Positions 57,955-64,000 of a stretch of DNA of 64,000 nt are shown piece after piece. The translations under genes and the position numbers were made by a program. A model generated the notes under the pieces. It did not search any database, had not been told where the DNA came from, and saw only the letters and a program-made list of their open reading frames with translations. Position 1 is the stretch's first letter; the number at the start of each line of letters is the position of its first letter. Source of the stretch: Iphione sp. A-MEVVRFRX5 (taxonomy: Eukaryota); NCBI GenBank assembly GCA_976226885.1, contig OZ320314.1, positions 57,846,001-57,910,000 on the forward strand, given 5' to 3'.

Positions 57955-58612
57955 ATGCGGACGATCGGACACGTACTAGTAATCTCCATGGATTGGTGGA
58001 GTCAGTTGTATGGATTCTACGGTGTAGAACAGAATAGAATGTATGGAAAAGTTTTTAAGCAAAACACATCAGAAAATTTTCTTGAACGATACAAGAAGTG
58101 TTACACCCAGAGTGATTATCAGTATTTTCGTACTGAAAACCGCAATCCATCTCTTAAATTGCTTAGTAGTTCCGCGATTGACGGAATGATCTTTCAAAAG
58201 GCAGTAAAACATAAATATTCGTGTTTTGCCTTCTTAACATGGGTCTGTGGTCAAACAGAGAAATCGATTGCGGCCTCGCCTTTGCCGTAATTTTAGGTTA
58301 ATAAGCAGACGTGTTCGCCAGTATCAGCCATCTGTTTTTCTTTTACCTTTCACAAGTTCGCCACGCTAAGGGATTACCTCACTTACATCGACTGGGAAGG
58401 AGAAGTGCACATACAAAATTGATGACACCTGTTCCTGGTCCTATACTGTTCCATGAAACCGAGTGCACATCGATAAGCAGTTTTGCTGGCCTCCTGCTTG
58501 TGGTAATTGGCTTGGTCGAAGAGTAACTGCCTTTACGTACTGCAGTGAATGGCGATCGAGCAAAGACTGAGCCTACACCCGAAAACAAATCCGTAATCAC
58601 TACGTTCACGGC
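57955..58612 (+). pseudogene. Degraded coding-like sequence truncated by the Maverick-like insertion
   Basis: 111-aa ORF (DWWSQLYGFYGVEQNRMYGKVF...) followed by protein-like fragments in shifting frames (FATLRDYLTYIDWEGEVH; KQFCWPPACGNWLGRR), ending at the element terminus. Family not recognised. Confidence 0.25.
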
Positions 58613-58650
58613 AGTAGTGTAGTAGGAGCAACCCTTGGACACAGTTTTAA

Positions 58651-58820
58651 GGTCACGTGACCAATGACGTCACATGTCACGTGTCCTGTGACGTCACTGG
58701 TCACGTGACAGATCCTCAGAGGGAGGGGGCAACATCACGTGACAAGCAAACGTCATGGGTCACATGATAGATAGTATGGGGAGGGAGGGTGCAGGAGGAA
58801 TCACATGATCACTGACGTCA
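58651..58820. promoter_or_regulatory. Subterminal E-box/CRE array: 24-bp unit x2.5 plus dispersed copies
   Basis: Units GGTCACGTGACCAATGACGTCACA (58651-74), TGTCACGTGTCCTGTGACGTCACT (58675-98), GGTCACGTGACA (58699-710). CACGTG at 58654, 58678, 58702, 58736; TGACGTCA at 58665, 58689, 58813. Confidence 0.8.
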
Positions 58821-59068
58821 CAAACGATATATATTATGTAAGATTACATAGTATTAGATGTAACAACGTAAAGATGATAAGATAGAACGTCAACACAGAA
58901 TATACGAGATAACAGAAGGGATATATGACATAATAGAGCGAGTAACGTCCAGCGTAAGTACAGATAACGCACACACCACCACGGACTTAGTACACACGGA
59001 ATGGAAATAGAATAACGAAGTGGATACTCCATACGAGAGAACAAATATAGTTACCACGCTCAAACCAT

Positions 59069-59263
59069 TCACACATATACACACATAACAGTTAAGGCAA
59101 TTAGTTGGATGTGAAGACCACGTATCCACACAGAGTCGTAATATCCATTTGTAGTAAGAACACAACAGATAGATACACGGCGTGAGCGCAAGTAAATAGC
59201 GAATGCCATCAATAAGATAACCATTGCGATATATATTCCTCCACTTATATAGAAATATCCCAC
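59069..59263 (-). CDS. Possible divergent small single-pass membrane ORF or exon (GYFYISGGIYIAMVILLMAFAIYLRSRR...)
   Basis: Hydrophobic stretch of about 20 aa followed by RSRR (positive-inside pattern). The start is GTG, not ATG, and there is no homology support. Confidence 0.2.
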   Translation of the reverse strand: MGYFYISGGIYIAMVILLMAFAIYLRSRRVSICCVLTTNGYYDSVWIRGLHIQLIALTVMCVYV

Positions 59264-59331
59264 ATCGTTTCACTCCAAAGGAAGATACTCACGTTAGGTC
59301 TATATATCGATATACAGCGACTTTTGCAAAG

Positions 59332-60569
59332 ATGGAACCAATCTCAAGTAACGTATACATGGAGATGTATCAAGACACAGTGAAAATCGAAAGGAGAAGA
59401 GGTAATGCGACTATAAGAAAAATCAGAGTACACAGACAACTATTTGACATCGCCGACCAGTGTTGGGCAAACTTGCAAGAGGGTGAAGAAATGAAAGTGA
59501 CGGTAGACCACAAGATCTGGGTCATAGAGATGAAGACATATGCAGGGAGAGAATACGTTTGCTTTGTTCGTCAATCTAGAGATGGTGATCGTATTAAGTA
59601 AGTGACTAGATAAATAATACACGCAATTTAGAGTGACTATACTGACTCATCAGTAATCGCAGATAAGCAGTATCACACACACACACATCTTTATCGAGTG
59701 ATGTACATTGATTGATATTAATAATCTATATATATAATGGACACAGTATCAATTTCTACTGATATTAGGAGTTTAACATCGTACAGTATAGGTACTATTA
59801 TTGCAGTTACGATTGTTTCAATCTTACGGAGGACGAGTGTATGACAGCAATTGAACGCATAAAGAAGGAAACAAGGGTCACAGAGCAAGACAAGGGGCAA
59901 GACAGAGACGAGACAAAGGAGAAAGTCGCAGAGACCACAAATAAAAAGGACACTGAACAGGGAGCAGACGAAGATGAGCCAAGTAAGAAGAAGATGAAAA
60001 CGGAAGAACCAAAAGAAGCGGAGCCAATCAAGTATAACCGTTATACATATCTATTAACGTCTTGTGTTGATGGGAAAGCGGTTAGTAGTAAACGTTCGTA
60101 TATTTGTCGTGATTTCTGTGTTGCTGAGGCCACAATTGAACAAGCTGCCAATGACATGGTTGAATTTCCAGTAGATGAAGACCTATTAATCAAAGTTAGT
60201 GAACTGGTCGAGAAAGTATATGCATTTATGATTCAAGCAGAATACAAAGCTAAAATAAAGGAATGGTGTAGGGGATGTGACTGCGACGAGGGTAACCAGG
60301 CAGCACATATCCCAGGATGTGTGAAACTACCAGACGAGTTAGATTCAACCGCTGTTCATGCAGCTCATATCAGGGTATCCGTCACAAGGCTGATAGAAGC
60401 TAGCATTCGCATGTACAAAGTGTACATAGGTAATAAGCACATTGAGGACGATGAGGTACCAATTGACGTCGATGTATGCAGAAAAGTAATCGAAGAAGGT
60501 GAAAAGTATGCAGAAGTGTACATGACTTTGGAATTTGAACGAGATTATGATATCATCGCTAGAATGTAA
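59332..60569 (+). CDS. Two-exon gene (59332-59597 + 59807-60569, 342 aa): N-terminal PC4-like ssDNA-binding domain, acidic/Lys linker, C-terminal domain with WCRGCDCDEGNQAAHIPGC Cys/His motif
   Basis: Donor AA|GTAAGT at 59598 and acceptor TTATTGCAG| at 59806 (209-nt intron) join two ORF-track ORFs in frame: ...RIK-N-YDCFNLTEDEC-MTAIERI. TATATAT at 59301 lies about 30 nt upstream of the ATG. The PC4 similarity (WVIEMKTYAGREYVCF...DG...FNLTEDEC..AIERI vs RYVSVRDFKGKVLIDI...G...ISLNPEQW..LKEQI) was judged by eye. Confidence 0.8.
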
Positions 60570-60576
60570 TTGAGAG

Positions 60577-60747
60577 ATGAGGATATTCATGCTGTTGACA
60601 CAAATTATTATTACCACAATATATGTAAAACAGAAGAGTAAGTCATCTGTCAAAACATTTATTGATACTGTTGTAACCAATTATTACTACACTAATAGTC
60701 TTTTGTCAGATCACGATAGCTATATAACCACCACCTTGAATATATAG
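60577..60747 (+). CDS. Putative spliced small hydrophobic peptide (60577-60637 + 60710-60747; MRIFMLLTQIIITTIYVKQKNHDSYITTTLNI, 32 aa)
   Basis: Canonical 72-nt intron: GTAAGT at 60638, branch-like ACTAAT at 60691, TCTTTTGTCAG ending 60709. The ATG is 7 nt after the stop of the PC4-like gene. Confidence 0.35.
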   Translation: MRIFMLLTQIIITTIYVKQKSKSSVKTFIDTVVTNYYYTNSLLSDHDSYITTTLNI

Positions 60748-60749
60748 AT

Positions 60750-60884
60750 ATGCGCTACAATTTGGTCGTTGCAAATACGAATACAGAAAGAACACCTCTA
60801 TGTTGCAAAGTCAAACACGTTGACATCAAGCAAACCAAGTTAGAATGGTTACATAAAATTACGACAAGTATAGATTCCAAGTGA
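60750..60884 (+). CDS. Putative small ORF (MRYNLVVANTNTERTPLCCKVKHVDIKQTKLEWLHKITTSIDSK, 44 aa)
   Basis: ATG 2 nt after the previous small ORF's TAG; TATATAA at 60721. No homology recognised. Confidence 0.3.
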   Translation: MRYNLVVANTNTERTPLCCKVKHVDIKQTKLEWLHKITTSIDSK

Positions 60885-60967
60885 ACAAGATAGATTGGAT
60901 CATATAATGGAAATTATCATTGTATATTATAATAAGGAGATGTAACTACTTCACATGTATAGAAGAG

Positions 60968-61200
60968 CAGTGATATATTATATGTGTATTATTAATATAT
61001 GTTATCCAAGTTTTGAAGGCATTATGCAGCATATAAGAAACTGAACTGTCACTATCACATGTTCAGTCAGTAGCAGTAAATATATAAGTTATATATAATG
61101 TATGCATATTATTAAATATATGTTATCCAAGTCTTAATGGGTATGCGGTATATAGGAGGAACCGAACCGTCACTATCACTTGCAAATTCAATAGGAGTGA
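60968..61200. repeat. About 121-bp diverged tandem duplication
   Basis: GTTATCCAAGT at 61001 and 61122; GTCACTATCAC at 61048 and 61169. Confidence 0.8.
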
Positions 61201-61544
61201 ATGTATAGTAATGTTTTCGTAGTGATCTCGTAGAAGTAACACATACTGTTACGCACGGACCTATATAACAACTTCCCTTATCGTACACACCATATATAGT
61301 AATATGTTATACGGTCAAGAAACCACAATAAACATGGTCACAAGGGCGATTAGATCAGAGTGGGGAAACTTACTGAATAAAGCACATATGCACCAACATA
61401 TTGATGTTATTGACTAAGCGCGTTATTATTACACACTCACCCATTGCCTAGTGTCAGTGGGTATGTTTACACTTATAATAGGGATGCATATGGATACGAG
61501 AAGTCTGTGAACAAACCCCACACATACACCCACAATGGTAGGTT

Positions 61545-61623
61545 AACATCTGAGTAGCTCACGAGGATTTAAAAGCGTTATACACACATTAGTTGGACAA
61601 ACATCTGTGTAGCTCACGAGGAT
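61545..61623. repeat. 24-bp direct repeat
   Basis: AACATCTG(A/T)GTAGCTCACGAGGAT at 61545 and 61600. Confidence 0.8.
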
Positions 61624-62163
61624 AAAAGGACTTATCTAAGCTAATGAACATTCGCAATACAAGCTCCATATCTGTTATGCAAGAGTTACTACATAATGAA
61701 TGTCTATACCTATAACTCTTACAGAGGTCCACATATCTCTTTGGTAAATTACCACACTTCGAACACACACATGCTCGCATAAGCCGGGTTCCAGTATGAC
61801 TTCAATATCTAATATATGCTGAACTATCTAAAAAAAAAAAAAAAAACCCATATCTATTACGTACGAGCTATTATATAACGTGGTCTATATCTGTAACTTT
61901 CATAGAGGAACACCTATACCCTGTAAAATTGCCACATCGGGCACACGTACTCATATAATCCGAGTATCAACATGGTTGCATAAGATCAGATATATGCTAA
62001 ACGAATAACAACAGATACATGCTAAACGAGGGTAAAAAAAAAAAAAAAACTATAAACGCAAATTTCGTGAACATCCACTACACGTCAATCGCGTAAGAGA
62101 AATACGACCCCACGTCTAAAATATATAAGGCACGTAACGTCTCTGACTATATGAGGTGAAATC

Positions 62164-62307
62164 TTAATTACTGATGTTTCCATCATCATCATCAAATGTG
62201 GATAATAAAAGTTGCACTAAGCTGTACAGCCTCAGCATGTCATCTTCATTCTCGTTGCCCGTCTCACGCTCAAAAACGTCCCAAAGAGGAAAACCATCAC
62301 AGTCCAT
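62164..62307 (-). CDS. Putative acidic small ORF (MDCDGFPLWDVFERETGNENEDDMLRLYSLVQLLLSTFDDDDGNISN, 47 aa), or an alternative terminal exon of the upstream gene
   Basis: Open frame with protein-like acidic/aromatic composition. The ATG overlaps the predicted upstream stop by 11 nt. An alternative acceptor CCCGCAG ending 62314 would fuse it in phase 0 to the S/T/P-rich ORF. Confidence 0.4.
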   Translation of the reverse strand: MDCDGFPLWDVFERETGNENEDDMLRLYSLVQLLLSTFDDDDGNISN

Positions 62308-64000
62308 CAAATTCTGCGGGCAAATTCTGCAACTGCAACGAGAAGGAGGTATAAATACAAAGCAAGAACATTATATAGATAATTTACAAAGCATGAACCC
62401 AACGCATAGCAAAACGATATGATATATTAAGTATATGAACACACTTACATATATATTACACAGGCACATAATGCTAGTTAAAGCATGAACCCATCGCATA
62501 GCAAGTGATATGAAATATTAAGTACATTAACACACTCACACATATATATATACACAGTCACATAATTTAGCTAAACTCGTACCCGTTCAGAGCGACGAAC
62601 GTGAGGAGGTGTGGGACTCCCAGCAAGACGACCACGACGAAGATCGTAGCCATGTATGGATTGAGTCTCGATCAAACTGCTATCGGACACAACAGACGAA
62701 GTACTATCCCGTCGCTCACGACGACTCCAATTACAAGATGATGGAGATGGCATCATTTCAAAGTCAAGTTGTCTGGGTCGAATTTTCCTTTTCTTATGAG
62801 TGTGACGTGGAGTTGCTTGTATGGCAGTGTCTGACACTGTAGAAGACACACTCGGATGTCTAGACCTTGATTCAGGTGGTGGTGGAGACAGAGGAAACGA
62901 GGCAGCGTATGCTGTTGCTCTGGCCTTATCAACGTCATGTCCATGTTCCACATATCGAGGGCAATTAGCATTTGTGAGTGTCACGTCAAGCTCACTATCA
63001 GTCCCATTATCAGGAGAGGTCACAGATGATAACGGGTGCGGTATGTCACCACTACCAGATGTCGCAAGTATAGTGCGTATCCTGTCAGTGATCGAAACTG
63101 AAGAGCAAGACATTGAAGGTGGAAGAGGATAATACTCATCAGTTTCTACCATCTCTGATTCCTCTCTAGTCGGCGAATCAACTAAGGGAGTCTCAAGACA
63201 AGCAGAACGAGAAGGAGTGGCACAATTGTTGGCTGTTGTGGAGGTGGCTGTAGAAGTTGTAGAATGCACGTTCAGACGCGTTGTAGTGATAGATAGACAA
63301 ACTGGTGTAACATCTCCCCGACAAGGGGCTGGTAACGCCCGTCCCGTGAAAGGGACATGGTACGACGTAGACGTAAACGACGAACATGGAATACGTGAAT
63401 GGTGCGATCCATCAAAGATGACACTGTCTTGATTACCGACGGTTGTCGACACACATGTGGATGAATATCCAGCGTAGGGCGCCACTAGTAGAGTAGATGC
63501 AAGCAGATTTGATAGCATGGACGAGGTCGACATTGATGGTGTAAAACAGGGACGTCGTGAGTCGCCAAGGGCAACAGTCCACAATACAGCCAAAGAAGTA
63601 GGTGTAGACGACAACTGTGAACGTGAGAGATGGGGCAGTGGCGTTCCAGACAAACCAGTCAGGAGATTACCTCCCATAGAAGCACAATATGATGAATAGT
63701 GAGGGTCACCATTCATCGGCAACACTGGGAGAACGGGTGGAGAGGAAACAGATGCACGACACACGTTCCCAGTGTAGCGCAAGTGTTGTGGAGTAGCATC
63801 AAGCGAAGTAGGTACAGTTGATAGCATTGCTGTACCACATGCGAAGAGACGTTTCTCAACAGGGGCGACCCTAGTGTTTGCAGATATGGGAGACATCAAA
63901 GTAGAAGCCGGTGGACGAGCAGAGGGAAGTGGAGTAGACATCAGTTGCAGAGGACGAGAATAACGACCATCAGTCGTAACACGTGAAGATGTATGTTGTA
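62297..64000 (-). CDS. 5'-incomplete Ser/Thr/Pro-rich, probably disordered protein (>476 aa in the main exon 64000-62583, plus a putative terminal exon 62332-62297 encoding LQNLPAEFDGL)
   Basis: The 456-aa ORF frame stays open to the window edge. Donor CGG|GTACGA at 62582 and a strong polypyrimidine acceptor CTCCTTCTCGTTGCAG ending 62333 give ...RRSER-LQNLPAEFDGL*. The ORF contains HKKRKIRPRQLDF and HGYDLRRG. The splice is predicted only. Confidence 0.65.
62388..62571. repeat. 92-bp diverged tandem duplication inside the predicted intron
   Basis: AAAGCATGAACCCA(A/T)CGCATAGCAA...ATATTAAGTA...AACACACT...CACATAAT begins at both 62388 and 62480. Confidence 0.85.

Larger units (their letters stand above)
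58613..64000. mobile_element. Left end of a putative Maverick/Polinton (adintovirus-like) endogenous viral element; continues beyond the window
   Basis: Starts with AGTAGTGTAGTAGG; Polinton termini characteristically begin with short AG/AGT repeats. This is followed by an E-box/CRE repeat array, an abrupt switch to gene-dense, compositionally distinct sequence, and ORFs of types I associate with Maverick accessory genes (PC4-like; CxGC...QxxH...C). Core genes are not in the window. Confidence 0.65.

Noticed and set aside
61589-61780. CSKC-containing 63-aa minus-strand ORF inside the element
   Set aside because: No convincing start context or splice link, and it overlaps a direct repeat; unsupported as a gene.
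62609-63699. Several + strand and alternate-frame ORFs overlapping the 456-aa ORF
   Set aside because: Shadow ORFs of the real minus-strand coding frame.
1-64000. Conserved microRNA hairpins (miR-10, let-7, miR-1, miR-281 etc.), tRNA/rRNA genes, CRISPR arrays
   Set aside because: Only short seed-length partial matches were seen by eye. The only tRNA-like motif is the SINE head. There are no regularly spaced repeat-spacer arrays, and the DNA is eukaryotic.

Overview
Eukaryotic (animal) genomic DNA. The frequent TACATGTA motifs, tRNA-derived SINE and Harbinger/Tc1 MITE content suggest amphioxus (Branchiostoma) or a similar marine invertebrate deuterostome; this is an inference. Positions 1-58612 contain no recognisable intact host gene. 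They read as a gene desert: small TIR elements, a SINE, microsatellites, degraded coding-like relics and many GC-richer islands dense in homeodomain/Pbx-Meis/Sox/Fox motifs (candidate enhancers). At 58613 the sequence changes abruptly into what looks like the left end of a Maverick/Polinton (adintovirus-like) endogenous DNA virus. It begins AGTAGTGTAGTAGG and is followed by a 24-bp E-box+CRE tandem array. Next come a spliced gene for a PC4-like ssDNA-binding domain plus a Cys/His module and tightly packed small ORFs. A convergent, spliced Ser/Thr/Pro-rich gene with NLS, cyclin-docking and nucleosome-binding-like motifs runs off the window end. No hallmark core genes (pPolB, integrase, capsids) lie inside the window, so the element class is inferred, not shown.
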